A DNA stretch of 64,000 bases from Alphaproteobacteria bacterium. Lineage in GTDB: Bacteria; Pseudomonadota; Alphaproteobacteria; UBA828. The first letter of the stretch is position 1. Every line of letters begins with the position of its first letter. Where the stretch lies: contig CBDEFM010000002.1 of assembly GCA_965237415.1 (NCBI GenBank), forward strand, positions 448,001-512,000, given 5' to 3'. The notes below the pieces were generated by a model. It ran no database searches, had not been told where the DNA came from, and was given only the letters and a program-made list of their open reading frames with translations. Shown one piece after another: positions 1 to 11,483 of this stretch. Made by a program: the position numbers and the translations under genes.

Positions 1-752
1 ACATTCGTCCGTTCCAGAGTGCAGTCGAGGAAGTTCATGGGCGGCTCGCCCACGAAGCCCGCCACGAACTCATTGGACGGCCGGTTGTAAATCTCCTCGG
101 GCGTGCCGAGCTGCTGCAGCACGCCTTCATGCATCACCGCGATGCGATCCGCCATCGACATGCCCTCGAGCTGGTCGTGGGTGACGTAGACGGTGGTGGT
201 CTCCAGGTCGCGTTGCAGGTGCTTGAGCTCGCCTCGCATGTGCGAGCGCAGCTTGGCGTCGAGGTGGGCGATCGGCTCGTCGAAGAGGAACACCTTGGGT
301 TCGCGCACGATGGCGCGACCGATGGCGGTGCGCTGCTTCTGCCCGCCGCTGAGCTCCACAGGCTTGCGGTGGAGTAGGGGGTCGATCTCCAGAATCTCGG
401 CGGCGCGGCGCACCCGGCGCTCGATCTCCTGCTTTGGCGTCCGCTGGAGCTTGAGCGGGTTCGCCATGTTCTCGTAGACGGTCTTGTGGGGATAGAGCGC
501 GTAGTTCTCGAACACCATGGCGATGTCGCGGTCGCGCGGCGGCAGATCGTTTACCCGCACGTCGTCGAAGAAGACATCGCCGGAGGAGATGAACTCCAGC
601 CCGGCGAGCATGCGAAGCGTCGACGACTTGCCGCAGCCCGAGGGGCCGAGAATGCACATGAACTCGTTGTTCCTGATCTCGAGATTGAGCTCTTTCACGG
701 CAACGGTCTTGCCGTAATACTTCCACACATCCGAGATCGTAACCGTGGCCAT
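1..752 (-). CDS. Sugar ABC transporter ATP-binding protein (MalK/UgpC family), 3' end runs off the window
   Basis: Translated by hand from ATG at 752: MATVTISDVWKYYG...GPSGCGKS (Walker A), LSGGQKQR (signature), FLFDEP (Walker B), YVTHDQ (H-loop). Confidence 0.93.
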   Translation of the reverse strand, partial: MATVTISDVWKYYGKTVAVKELNLEIRNNEFMCILGPSGCGKSSTLRMLAGLEFISSGDVFFDDVRVNDLPPRDRDIAMVFENYALYPHKTVYENMANPLKLQRTPKQEIERRVRRAAEILEIDPLLHRKPVELSGGQKQRTAIGRAIVREPKVFLFDEPIAHLDAKLRSHMRGELKHLQRDLETTTVYVTHDQLEGMSMADRIAVMHEGVLQQLGTPEEIYNRPSNEFVAGFVGEPPMNFLDCTLERTN

Positions 753-789
753 CAGTACCCCCAGACAGGCATTTGCTTAGGCTTCGGGT

Positions 790-1668
790 CTATTCCCTGA
801 CCGCACCCATGGTGAGCCCGGCAACGAGATAGCGCCGGATCAGAAGACCGAGAAACATCATCGGCACCGTGGTCACGACGCCTGCGGCCATGATCATCCC
901 CCACTGAATCTTGACCGGCTGGACCAGCTCGGCCGTCGCCACCGGCAGGGTCTTGGCGCCGCCCGAGCCGATGATCGACGCGAACAGAAAATCGTTCCAG
1001 CCGAAAAGCACGCAGAGCACGATGAACGCGCCGATCCCCGGCGCCACCAGCGGAATGATCAGCCTGAACGCCTGCCAACGGTTGCAGCCGTCGCACTGCG
1101 CCGCCTCTTCGATTGCATAGGGAACATTGTCGAAGAAGCCTTTGAGAATCCAGATGGCGAAGGGCAGGTTGAAGGTCGTGTAGGCGAGGATCAGGCCCGG
1201 CAGGGTGCCGACCAGACCCGACGAGCGGAAGATCACATAGAGCGGCACCATGACCGCCACGACCGGCGCCATGCGGGTGGAGATGATCCAGAAGAGGAGG
1301 TCCCGCTTGCCGCGAAACGTCGCTCTGGAGAGTGCGTAGGCCGCCATCGAGCCGAGCGACACCGAGACCGCCGCCGACCCGAACGATGCGATCAGGCTGT
1401 TGCGCAGGTAGACGCCGAAGTGCTTTTCGGTGAAGAGTTCGACGTAGTGTGTGCCGGTCGGCTGGAAGTCGAACATCACGCCGACCCCGCCGAAATCGCC
1501 GACCGCCGGCAGCCTGAACGCGTCCAGCAGGTCCTTGAAGGACGAAACCACCATGATCAACAGCGGCAGGGTGGTCCAGACGAAGAAGAAGACCAGAAAA
1601 ATGATCGCGAGCGCCTTCAGCGCGGTGCGCAGCGGCGACCGATAGGTGACGATCTCGCGCGATGCCAT
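790..1668 (-). CDS. Carbohydrate ABC transporter permease (MalG-like)
   Basis: Hydrophobic protein MASREIVTYRS...; EAA motif IEEAAQCDGC; start overlaps the stop of the upstream permease. Confidence 0.92.
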   Translation of the reverse strand: MASREIVTYRSPLRTALKALAIIFLVFFFVWTTLPLLIMVVSSFKDLLDAFRLPAVGDFGGVGVMFDFQPTGTHYVELFTEKHFGVYLRNSLIASFGSAAVSVSLGSMAAYALSRATFRGKRDLLFWIISTRMAPVVAVMVPLYVIFRSSGLVGTLPGLILAYTTFNLPFAIWILKGFFDNVPYAIEEAAQCDGCNRWQAFRLIIPLVAPGIGAFIVLCVLFGWNDFLFASIIGSGGAKTLPVATAELVQPVKIQWGMIMAAGVVTTVPMMFLGLLIRRYLVAGLTMGAVRE

Positions 1669-2645
1669 CAGTCCTTGCCCTGCGTCCTGATCTTGCGGGT
1701 CGGGTCCTCGAACACCATGGTCAGCACGAGGCCCAGCAGGATCGTCAGCAGCAGCAGGGTGAACGCGATCGCAGCACCCCGGCCGAGCTCGAAGAACTTG
1801 AACGACACGTCGAACAGGTAGGTCGGCAGGATCTTGGTCGCGTTGGCGGGGCCGCCGCCGGTCATGATCAGGATCGTGTCGATGAACCTGAAGTTGTCCA
1901 TGAAGCGGAGCAGGATCGCGATCAGCAGGAAGGGGTAGAGATTGGGCAGGGCGACGCTGAAGAAGTTGCGGAAGAGCCCGGCGCCATCCACCATGTGCGC
2001 TTCGAGTTGCTCCTGCGGGACGCGCTTGAGGCCGGCGAGCGTGATGAGCGCGATGAGCGGCGTCCACTGCCAGACGTCGGTCGCGACGACCGCGAACATC
2101 GCCCAGAACTTGTTGCCGAGGATCGAGCCGCCTTCGAGCAGGCCAATGCTCTGCAACAGCCAGAAGTACCAGCCGAAGGTTCCGTTATAGAGAAACACGA
2201 AAAGGAAGCCGGCGATCACGGGCGCCATCATCATCGGCATCAGGAAAATAGTGACGAGTATTTTCTCAAAGCGGTTGTTGTGAAGGATAATGGCTACCAA
2301 GACCCCGAGTGCGATCTCGACCGAGAGGCAGAGCGCGCTGTACTTGAAGAGCGTGACCCAGCCCCTGGCGAAATTCTTGTCGCTCGCGAGCCGCGTGAAA
2401 TTGTCGATGCCGACCCACACGTCCGACTTGCCCGGCGCGAGCTGCACCTCGTGCAGGGTCATGTAGATCAGCCAGACGAGGGGGTAGAGGGAGATCGCCG
2501 CCAGCAGCAGGATTGCCGGCAGCATCAGCCATAGCAGGTAGTAGCGCGGCGGCCGGTGGTTGAAGCCCGGCGGCAGGTGGTCGATCGTCCGCGCACCGCG
2601 CACGGCTTCGCCCGCGACATCGATATCCGCGAGGTTGGACGCCAT
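1668..2645 (-). CDS. Carbohydrate ABC transporter permease (MalF-like)
   Basis: Multiple TM segments, DVWQWTP, EAHMVDGA EAA-type loop, MTGGGP. Confidence 0.92.
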   Translation of the reverse strand: MASNLADIDVAGEAVRGARTIDHLPPGFNHRPPRYYLLWLMLPAILLLAAISLYPLVWLIYMTLHEVQLAPGKSDVWVGIDNFTRLASDKNFARGWVTLFKYSALCLSVEIALGVLVAIILHNNRFEKILVTIFLMPMMMAPVIAGFLFVFLYNGTFGWYFWLLQSIGLLEGGSILGNKFWAMFAVVATDVWQWTPLIALITLAGLKRVPQEQLEAHMVDGAGLFRNFFSVALPNLYPFLLIAILLRFMDNFRFIDTILIMTGGGPANATKILPTYLFDVSFKFFELGRGAAIAFTLLLLTILLGLVLTMVFEDPTRKIRTQGKD

Positions 2646-2717
2646 GCGCTGGGCCTCCGCGCCGTTTCTCCGCCCGCGGCCGGCCGCCGCCGGTCGCGGT
2701 CAACAAGAGCCGCCGAC

Positions 2718-2749
2718 CGCCCGGGGTGCGCCGAAGCGTCCCCCGGGCG
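2718..2749 (-). other. Intercistronic RNA hairpin after the solute-binding gene
   Basis: CGCCCGGGG/CCCCGGGCG stem; reads with a cUUCGg tetraloop on the minus strand; typical position of an mRNA-stabilising hairpin in ABC operons. Confidence 0.6.
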
Positions 2750-2761
2750 ACGGGGTACCGA

Positions 2762-4291
2762 TCAGACGCCGTGAATGGCGTTCAGGTCGTCCCGGATGGA
2801 TTCGCACGCTTCCTGGGCCGAGAGCTCGCCGGAAATGCACTGCTGGGTGCCGACCCGAACGATCTCGTGATACTCGTTCGACTTCGGCAGCTTCGGCCCG
2901 AGCACCATGTTCGGCGAGCGGATGCCCTTGTCGTAGACCGCCTCGAAGGTAAGCGCGTTCGGCATGGTGGTTGGCCGATTGCGCGCCTCCTTGACCTCCG
3001 GCACCTCGAGGACGGACTTGCGGGTCGGCGTGCCGCCGACGCCCTGCAGGACCATGAGCTGCGTTTCGTGGCTACAGGCCCAGCTGGCGAAGATGAACGC
3101 CGCGCGCTGCAGGTCCATCGACGCGCCGGCGTTGATCCCGATGCCGCCGATGCCGCAGTTGGTGGCGTTGACGACGTTGTCGCTGCCGCCGACGTTCCAC
3201 GAAACCTCGCCCTTCGGCCCCATCGCGTAGGCCGTCTTGCCGCCCGCCGCGACGGACTGCTCGGGGTCCTCCACCGAGGCCGCGAACTCGTGGTACTGGA
3301 TCTGCATGGCGACGCCGCCGGCGGCGTAGACCGTGTTCAGCTCCAGGGTCCCGTTGGTCAGGTTGTCGGGATGGGAGACATCGGCGAGCGCCTTGTAGCC
3401 TTCCATCGCGCTGACCGACTGGGCGTCGCCCCAGTTGGTCGGGCCGGGGTTCTTCGAGCCCAGCGTGTCGTCGACCGCGAAGTCGAGCCACTGGTTCTGC
3501 GCATACATGTGCCGCTGGATGTCGAGCTGTGTCGTCCAGCCGAACGAGCCGTGATGCTGCGCATAGCCATAGGGGATGGACGCATCGCGTTCGTGCATCT
3601 TCCTGAAGAACTCGGCAATATCGACCATGTTCTTGTAGGTCGTGTCGTCGGTGAACTCGAGCCGGTAGCCGTAATCGGCCTCGAAGTCCTTGGTCAGTTG
3701 TTCGAAGAGGTCCTGCCGGTAGAAGGTGCAGGACACCGCGCAGTCATAGGGGAAGGCGCGGATCGGGCCGCGCTCGTAGTAGACGCCACAGGCATCCAGG
3801 AAATTCTCGAACCAGACATCGTCGCCGTAGCCCTGCGGGTCGAGCGGCAGCGTGTCGTCGACCGAGAACTGGTTGAGGTCGGCATAGAAGTCGGCGAAGG
3901 GCGAGCCGATCGGCTTGTCCTGCACGTAGTTGAGGTGATAGTCGGCCTGGCCGCTACGCAGGTCGATGCCGACCTTCTGCTGCACGGTCGGCAGGCCGTC
4001 GGTCAGGATTTCCACCTCGATGCCGGTGAGGTCGTAGAACGCCTGGATGTTGTCGCGAATGGCGAAGGAGGGCGGCGTGTTCTCGGACATGAAGACGAGC
4101 TTCGAGCCCTCGTACTGGCGCCACTTGGCTTCGTCGGACGAATAGGCGTAGACCGGCCGGCGTGTGATCACCGAGTTCATGCCGACCGCGAGCGAGCCGA
4201 CGCCGAGCGCTGTCGCGACGCCGCCCCCGAGCTCGAGGAACTTGCGGCGGCTGATCGGCTTGAACAGCGCCTTCTTGGGTGTGTGGAACAT
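2762..4291 (-). CDS. Extracellular solute-binding protein (SBP family 1), Tat-exported
   Basis: Twin-arginine SRRKFL signal; first gene of an SBP-permease-permease-ATPase operon. Confidence 0.88.
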   Translation of the reverse strand: MFHTPKKALFKPISRRKFLELGGGVATALGVGSLAVGMNSVITRRPVYAYSSDEAKWRQYEGSKLVFMSENTPPSFAIRDNIQAFYDLTGIEVEILTDGLPTVQQKVGIDLRSGQADYHLNYVQDKPIGSPFADFYADLNQFSVDDTLPLDPQGYGDDVWFENFLDACGVYYERGPIRAFPYDCAVSCTFYRQDLFEQLTKDFEADYGYRLEFTDDTTYKNMVDIAEFFRKMHERDASIPYGYAQHHGSFGWTTQLDIQRHMYAQNQWLDFAVDDTLGSKNPGPTNWGDAQSVSAMEGYKALADVSHPDNLTNGTLELNTVYAAGGVAMQIQYHEFAASVEDPEQSVAAGGKTAYAMGPKGEVSWNVGGSDNVVNATNCGIGGIGINAGASMDLQRAAFIFASWACSHETQLMVLQGVGGTPTRKSVLEVPEVKEARNRPTTMPNALTFEAVYDKGIRSPNMVLGPKLPKSNEYHEIVRVGTQQCISGELSAQEACESIRDDLNAIHGV

Positions 4292-4402
4292 GCTGCTTCT
4301 CCCTGCGGCTGTCGGATGATCGTGTGATACGAAGTGGGCGGGGTGTGAAGAGGCGGCGCGCCCAATGGCGTCCGCGGCGCTCTCCCCCCGCTGGCGGGGC
4401 GC

Positions 4403-4431
4403 AAAGTGAACGTTCGTTCGATTGGAGTCAA
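4403..4431 (-). promoter_or_regulatory. Sigma70-type promoter of the ABC operon with an overlapping inverted-repeat operator
   Basis: Minus strand TTGACT-17 nt-CACTTT; GAACG-N2-CGTTC inverted repeat at 4408-4419. Confidence 0.5.
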
Positions 4432-4480
4432 TGGTCGCGCCAGTCGGGCACCGGCGTTGCTGCCGCCGCCCGTAGTGGCG

Positions 4481-6433
4481 CTAAGATTGGAGAGCCGGAA
4501 GGTCCTCGAACAGCGCCAGCGCCTCGGGGTTCGCCAGCGCCTCGCGGTTCTTCACCGCGCGGCCGTGGATCACGTCGCGGACCGCGAGCTCGGTGATCTT
4601 GCCGGAGCGGGTGCGCGGGATATCGGCGATCTGAATCATCTTCGCCGGCACGTGACGCGGCGTGCACTCGCGGCGGATGCGTGCCTTGATCCTGTCGGTC
4701 AGCGCATTGTCCAACGCGATGCCGTCGCGCAGCCGGACGAAGAGTACGATGCGCTGGTCGCCCTCCCAATCCTGGCCGATGCAGATCGCCTCCAGCACCT
4801 CGTCGCACTGTTCGACCTGGCGATAGATCTCGGCGGTGCCGATGCGCACGCCGCCGGGGTTCAGCACCGCGTCGGAGCGGCCGTGGATGACCAGCCCGTC
4901 GTGTTCGGTCCGCGTCACCCAGTCGCCGTGGCACCAGACGTTTTCGAAGCGGTCGAAATAGGCGCCGCGGTACTTGACGCCGTCCGGGTCGTTCCAGAAC
5001 GAGACCGGCATGGAGGGGAAGGGCCGCGTGCACACGAGCTCGCCCGGCTCGCCGCGCACGGGCCGACCTGCATCGTCGAACACATCGACTGCCATGCCGA
5101 GGCCCAGCGCCTGCAGCTCGCCGCGCCGGACGGGCCCCATGGGGTTGCCGAGGGCGAAGCAGGAGATAATGTCCGTGCCGCCCGAGATCGAAGCCAGATG
5201 CAGGTCGTCCTTGATGGCGCGGTAGACGTACTCGAAACCCTCCGGCGCGAGCGGCGAGCCGGTGGATGTCATGGTGCGGAGCGTGCCGAGGTCGTGGGTG
5301 CTCTTGGGCTGGAGCCCGGCCTTGGCTGCGGCGTCGAGATACTTGGCGGAGGTGCCGAAGAGCGTCATACCCTCCGCGTCGGCATAATCGAACAGGGCAT
5401 TGCCGTCGGGATGGAAGGGCGAGCCGTCGTAGAGTAGCAGCGTCGCCTCGGAGGCCAGCGCACTGACCAGCCAGTTCCACATCATCCAGCCGCAAGTGGT
5501 GGCATAGAACACCCGGTCGCCCCGCCCGATATCGCTGTGCAGCGCGTGCTCCTTCACGTGCTGCAGCAGCGTGCCGCCGGTGCCGTGGACGATGCACTTG
5601 GGCGCGCCGGTGGTGCCGGAGGAGAACATGATCACCAGCGGGTAGTCGAAGGGCACCCGCACGAAGTCGATCGGCCCGCCTTGTTCCGCCGCGAGTGCCG
5701 CGCCGTAGAGGACGGCGTCACGCAAGCTGTCGAGCGCCGGCGCCTCTTCCGCGTATGGCACAACAATCACATGCTCGACGGTGGGAAGCTCGGCCAGGAT
5801 CTCCTGCACCTGCGGCCGGCGGTCGAAGGTCTTGCCGCCATAGAAGTAGCCGTCGGCGGCGATCAGCACCTTGGGTTCGATCTGGCCGAAGCGGTCGAGG
5901 ACACCGTGCGTGCCGAAATCCGACGAGCACGACGACCAGACGGCGCCGAGGCTCGCCGCCGCCAGCGCGGAGACGATGGTTTCCGGCATGTTCGGCAGGT
6001 AGCCCCCAACCCGGTCCCCCTGGTTGACACCGCGTGCTGCCAGCGCCTGGGCCATGCGCGAGACCTGGTCGTGCAGGGCCGCGAAGCTGAGACGCCGCCG
6101 CACCCGGTCTTCGCCCCAGAAGACCAGCGCGTCTGCCTCGTCCCGCCGGCGCAGCAGGTTCTCCGCGTAGTTGAGCCTGGCGTCCGGCAACCAGCGGGCG
6201 CCGGGCATTTTGTCGGCGTCGATCACGATACGCCGGCCCGGCCCGTCGCCGACGATGCCGGCGAAGTCCCACATGGAGCGCCAGAACTGCGCCGGCTCGG
6301 CCACCGACCAGGCGTGCAGGGCGGCGTAGTCGGCCGCATCGACGCCCCACGTGGCGCTCACCTCGGCCATAAAGCGGCTGAGATGCGCGCGCTTCATTCG
6401 CTCCGCCGACGGTGTCCAGAGAGGCTGGGACAT
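4481..6433 (-). CDS. Acetoacetate--CoA ligase (acetoacetyl-CoA synthetase)
   Basis: 650 aa; [17 protein letters not shown]-binding motif, [35 protein letters not shown]. Confidence 0.92.
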   Translation of the reverse strand: MSQPLWTPSAERMKRAHLSRFMAEVSATWGVDAADYAALHAWSVAEPAQFWRSMWDFAGIVGDGPGRRIVIDADKMPGARWLPDARLNYAENLLRRRDEADALVFWGEDRVRRRLSFAALHDQVSRMAQALAARGVNQGDRVGGYLPNMPETIVSALAAASLGAVWSSCSSDFGTHGVLDRFGQIEPKVLIAADGYFYGGKTFDRRPQVQEILAELPTVEHVIVVPYAEEAPALDSLRDAVLYGAALAAEQGGPIDFVRVPFDYPLVIMFSSGTTGAPKCIVHGTGGTLLQHVKEHALHSDIGRGDRVFYATTCGWMMWNWLVSALASEATLLLYDGSPFHPDGNALFDYADAEGMTLFGTSAKYLDAAAKAGLQPKSTHDLGTLRTMTSTGSPLAPEGFEYVYRAIKDDLHLASISGGTDIISCFALGNPMGPVRRGELQALGLGMAVDVFDDAGRPVRGEPGELVCTRPFPSMPVSFWNDPDGVKYRGAYFDRFENVWCHGDWVTRTEHDGLVIHGRSDAVLNPGGVRIGTAEIYRQVEQCDEVLEAICIGQDWEGDQRIVLFVRLRDGIALDNALTDRIKARIRRECTPRHVPAKMIQIADIPRTRSGKITELAVRDVIHGRAVKNREALANPEALALFEDLPALQS

Positions 6434-6600
6434 GGCTCCTCCGCTCCTGCGGCGCCCTCATAGCAGGCTCCCACGCCGAACGGGAGAGCCCAGGGGCAGC
6501 AGTCCGGGACGAGACATTCGGCGCAGGCATTTGCCAATGCGTCTTGTAAACTTGTAAGTGCTTCGTTCCTGGTTCGCCTTGCGAGACGAGAGAGGCACCA

Positions 6601-6909
6601 ATGATTGCGGCCGTCGCCGAGCGCAGGTCCGACATCCAGCGGCTTTGCGGCCGGCATCACGTGCTGAGACTCGCGCTGTTCGGCTCTGCGGCGACCGGCG
6701 ACCACCGCCCCGGCGCGAGCGACTTCGACTTCGTGGTGGAGTTTCCGCCGTTGCCGGCCGGCGCCTACGCGGACAGCTATTTCGGCCTGCTGGAGGACCT
6801 CGAGCGGCTTCTCGGCGGACCGGTGGAGTTGGTCGTAGGCTCGGCCATCAAGAATCCGGTATTTCGCCAGTCGGTCGAGCATACCAGCGCGCTGCTCTAT
6901 GAGGCCTGA
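6601..6909 (+). CDS. Minimal nucleotidyltransferase antitoxin (MntA-like)
   Basis: 102 aa, LALFGS-x11-DFD motif; overlaps the HEPN gene. Confidence 0.88.
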   Translation: MIAAVAERRSDIQRLCGRHHVLRLALFGSAATGDHRPGASDFDFVVEFPPLPAGAYADSYFGLLEDLERLLGGPVELVVGSAIKNPVFRQSVEHTSALLYEA

Positions 6910-7255
6910 AGCCCGTAAATATCTGTACGATATTTGGCGTGCTGCCGAATTGCTGACCGAATTCACCGCCGACAAGGCATTCGCGGACTACGAGCGCGAC
7001 GCCATGTTGCGCGCGGCGGTCGAGCGCCAGTTCGGGGTGATCGGGGAGGCCACTGCGAAGTTGGCGAAGGTCGACCAGGCGCTGGCCACCCGCATCGCCG
7101 ACTACCGCCGAATCATCGCCTTTCGAAATATCCTCATCCACGGCTATGCCGACGTGGACGACCGTCTGGTGTGGGATGTGGTCGAAGCCAAGCTCCCAGC
7201 CTTACGCCGCAATGTCGAAGTGCTGTTGAGCGAGGCGGGTAACGAGTTGGACTGA
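6899..7255 (+). CDS. HEPN (DUF86) RNase toxin (HepT-like)
   Basis: 118 aa, VERQFGVIGEA and RNILIHGY (R-x4-H-x-Y) motifs. Confidence 0.9.
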   Translation: MRPEARKYLYDIWRAAELLTEFTADKAFADYERDAMLRAAVERQFGVIGEATAKLAKVDQALATRIADYRRIIAFRNILIHGYADVDDRLVWDVVEAKLPALRRNVEVLLSEAGNELD

Positions 7256-7323
7256 TTGCCGGTCCGTCGGCCCGCGCATATGCCACTCTATCGGCAACGG
7301 CTGACATTTCGGCAATATTCCTA

Positions 7324-7352
7324 TTGAAAGCGGACCGTATTCGTCCTATATG
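7324..7352 (+). promoter_or_regulatory. suf operon promoter with putative Rrf2-regulator operator
   Basis: TTGAAA-17 nt-TATATG; GGAC-N7-GTCC inverted repeat in the spacer. Confidence 0.5.
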
Positions 7353-7403
7353 ACTGCCACGCGCGTTCGGACGGGAGCGGGCGATGGCGAAAGGGGGGCA
7401 AGC

Positions 7404-7864
7404 ATGATCCGTGTCAGCCGTATGGCCGACTATGGCGTCGTGGCCATGACCCACATCGCGCGCGATCCCCGCGCAAGGCACACCGCGGCGAGCATCGCGA
7501 CGCAGACCGGCGTGCCCCAGCCGAGCGCAAGCAAGCTCCTGAAATTGCTGGCAAAGGCCGGAATTCTGACTTCGCACCGGGGAGCCAAGGGCGGCTACGT
7601 GCTGGCGCACGCGCCCGAGCAGGTCTCGGTCGCGGCATTGGTCGCCGCCGTGGACGGGCCAATCTCGCTTGCCGACTGCCTCGACGGCCCCTCCGGTATA
7701 TGCGAACTGGAGAGCTTCTGCTCGGTGCGCGGCCCCTGGCAGAAGATCAGCGACGCGATCCGCGTCGCGCTGGAGGAAGTGAGCCTCGCCGACATGGCCC
7801 AGGCGGCGGCGGGCGCGGGCAGCGTGCCTGCGCGGGCGCAGTCTGTTGGACGGGAGCACGCGTC

Positions 7865-7868
<4 letters not shown>
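7404..7868 (+). CDS. Rrf2-family SUF system regulator
   Basis: [11 protein letters not shown]...[12 protein letters not shown] wHTH, three Cys near the C-terminus; heads the suf operon. Confidence 0.9.
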
Positions 7869-9328
<1,460 letters not shown>

Positions 9329-9382
9329 GACGACACCGCGTACCCCGTTTCAACCTCTTGTTCGAAGAGCAAGCCGAAAGCC

Positions 9383-10141
9383 ATGCTGACGATTGAGAAC
9401 CTACACGCGACCGCCGATGGCAAGCCGATCCTGACCGGCCTCGACCTCAAGGTGAACGCGGGCGAGGTGCACGCGGTCATGGGGCCCAACGGCTCCGGCA
9501 AGAGCACGCTCTCCTACGTTATCGCGGGCCGCGAGGGCTACGAGGTGACCGGAGGCTCGATCACTTACCAGGGCCACGATCTGCTTGCCATGAGCGTGGA
9601 AGAGCGCGCGCTGAACGGCGTCTTTCTCGCCTTCCAGTACCCGGTCGAGATCCCGGGCGTGGGCAGCGCCACCTTTTTCAAGACGGCGGTCAATGCCAGC
9701 CGCAAACATCGCGGGGAGAAAGAATACGACGCGATGGAGTTCCTCAAGGTGCTCAAGGCGAATCGCGCGGACCTCGGGATCGACGACAGTATGATTCGAC
9801 GCGCCCTCAACGTGGGGTTTTCGGGCGGCGAAAAGAAGCGGAACGAGATGCTCCAGATGGCACTGCTGGAGCCCACCCTCGCCATCCTCGACGAGACCGA
9901 TTCGGGGCTCGACATCGACGCGCTGAAAATCGTCGCCGGCGGTATCAACGCAATGCGTACGCCCGAGCGTGCCATGGTGGTCATCACCCACTACCAGCGG
10001 CTTCTCGACCACGTCGTGCCGGACAAGGTGCACGTGCTCTCGGGCGGCCGCATCGTCCGCTCCGGCGGCAGAGAGCTTGCGCTTGAGCTCGAGAGGAGCG
10101 GCTATGCCGGCTTCGGGCTCGAACCGAGCGCGGCGGCCTGA
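9383..10141 (+). CDS. sufC: Fe-S cluster assembly ATPase SufC
   Basis: MGPNGSGKSTL, FQYPVEIPGV, GFSGGEKKRNE, LDETDSGLDID, THYQRLL. Confidence 0.97.
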   Translation: MLTIENLHATADGKPILTGLDLKVNAGEVHAVMGPNGSGKSTLSYVIAGREGYEVTGGSITYQGHDLLAMSVEERALNGVFLAFQYPVEIPGVGSATFFKTAVNASRKHRGEKEYDAMEFLKVLKANRADLGIDDSMIRRALNVGFSGGEKKRNEMLQMALLEPTLAILDETDSGLDIDALKIVAGGINAMRTPERAMVVITHYQRLLDHVVPDKVHVLSGGRIVRSGGRELALELERSGYAGFGLEPSAAA

Positions 10142-10157
10142 GCGGAGGTTCCGGGCC

Positions 10158-11483
10158 ATGGCCAGCCGGCGGACCATTCCCTTCGACTATCCCGCATCCG
10201 GCGCCATGGCGGCGGCGCTGCCGGGCGAGGGCCTGCCATGGCTCGATGCGCTTCGGGCCGAGGCGCGCCGCCTGAGCGCGGACGGGCTGCCCGGCACCCG
10301 CATGGAGGCGTGGAAGTACACCAATTTAGCGCCGCTCGCGGCGCTGGACTTTCTGGCCCCGTCTTCGGCAGTGGAGGCGCTTACGGAGGCCGATTTGGGC
10401 TCCGACGCCCTCGACGCGGTAGACGGGCCGTCGCTGGTATTCGTCAACGGCCGGCTCTCCGAGCGTCATTCGCGGGTCGATGCCCTGCCTCAGGGCGTGC
10501 GTATCGTCGGGCTGGCGCAGGGACTGGCGGACGATCCGGAATCGGTCGAGGTGCGGATCGGCGAGGCTGCGCCGCTGAATGGCGATCTCATGGCCGCCTT
10601 CAATGCGGCGTTTGTCGCCGACGGCTGCATCGTCGAGACCGAACCCGGTGTGGCGGTGGAGCAGCCGGTGCGGCTGCGCTTCGTGGCGGTGCCCGGCAGC
10701 GAGCCGCTCGCGTACCATCCGCGTGTGATCGTGCGCCTTGGCGCGGGCAGCCGACTCACCCTGGTCGAGTGCCACGAGGGGCCGGCAGGCGCGGCGACCT
10801 GGTCCAACCCGCTCGTGGACGTCCAGGTCGGCGAGCGGGCAGCGCTCAGCCACGTCAAGCTCCAGATCGAGGGCGACGGCGCCTATCACACGGCGCTGAC
10901 CAAGGCGGCGCTGGCGGGCGGGGCGAGGTACGAGAGCCACCTGCTGGCGCTCGGCGCCCGCCTTGCGCGCCACGAAATCCACGTCCGCTTCGACGGCGAG
11001 GGGGCCCGGTGCCTGCTTGGCGGCGGTTACATGGCGCGTGGCAACCAACACGTGGACAACACGACCGTGATCGACCACCGGGTGCCTGCCTGCGAAAGCC
11101 GCGAGGTCTACAAGGGCGTGCTCGACGATACGGCGCGCGGGGTCTTTCAGGGCAAGATCATCGTGCGCCAGGGCGCGCAGAAGACCGACGGCCACCAGCT
11201 CAACCGCACGCTGCTGCTCTCGCCCAAGGCGGAGATCGACTCCAAGCCCGAGCTGGAAATCTACGCCGACGACGTCAAGTGCAGCCACGGGGCGACGGCT
11301 GGCGAGCCGGAGGCCGACCAGCTCTTCTACATGCGCTCGCGCGGCCTCGATCACAGGACCGCCCTTGCGCTGATCGTCGAGGGTTTCATGGGCGAGCTGC
11401 TGGAAGGGATCGGTCACGAGCCGGTTCGGGCGGCGCTGGCCGCGCGCCTCGCGGACTGGATCGGGAAGGTCGACGAGGCATGA
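10158..11483 (+). CDS. sufD: Fe-S cluster assembly protein SufD
   Basis: EAWKYT, GVFQGKI, KPELEIYADDVKCSHGAT. Confidence 0.95.
   Translation: MASRRTIPFDYPASGAMAAALPGEGLPWLDALRAEARRLSADGLPGTRMEAWKYTNLAPLAALDFLAPSSAVEALTEADLGSDALDAVDGPSLVFVNGRLSERHSRVDALPQGVRIVGLAQGLADDPESVEVRIGEAAPLNGDLMAAFNAAFVADGCIVETEPGVAVEQPVRLRFVAVPGSEPLAYHPRVIVRLGAGSRLTLVECHEGPAGAATWSNPLVDVQVGERAALSHVKLQIEGDGAYHTALTKAALAGGARYESHLLALGARLARHEIHVRFDGEGARCLLGGGYMARGNQHVDNTTVIDHRVPACESREVYKGVLDDTARGVFQGKIIVRQGAQKTDGHQLNRTLLLSPKAEIDSKPELEIYADDVKCSHGATAGEPEADQLFYMRSRGLDHRTALALIVEGFMGELLEGIGHEPVRAALAARLADWIGKVDEA

Noticed and set aside
2726-4327. Long antisense or alternative-frame ORFs (this one, 25815-28106, 24748-25962, 51919-53400 and many others)
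   Set aside because: Shadow ORFs expected in high-GC DNA opposite or overlapping well-identified genes; no recognisable motifs
10238-11479. Apparent N-terminal extensions making SufS 836 aa (likewise NuoF 645, NuoG 897, BirA 672, RNase J 794, STAS 444 aa)
   Set aside because: ORF-caller artefacts from upstream starts overlapping the previous gene; real starts with operon-type overlaps or short gaps are identifiable
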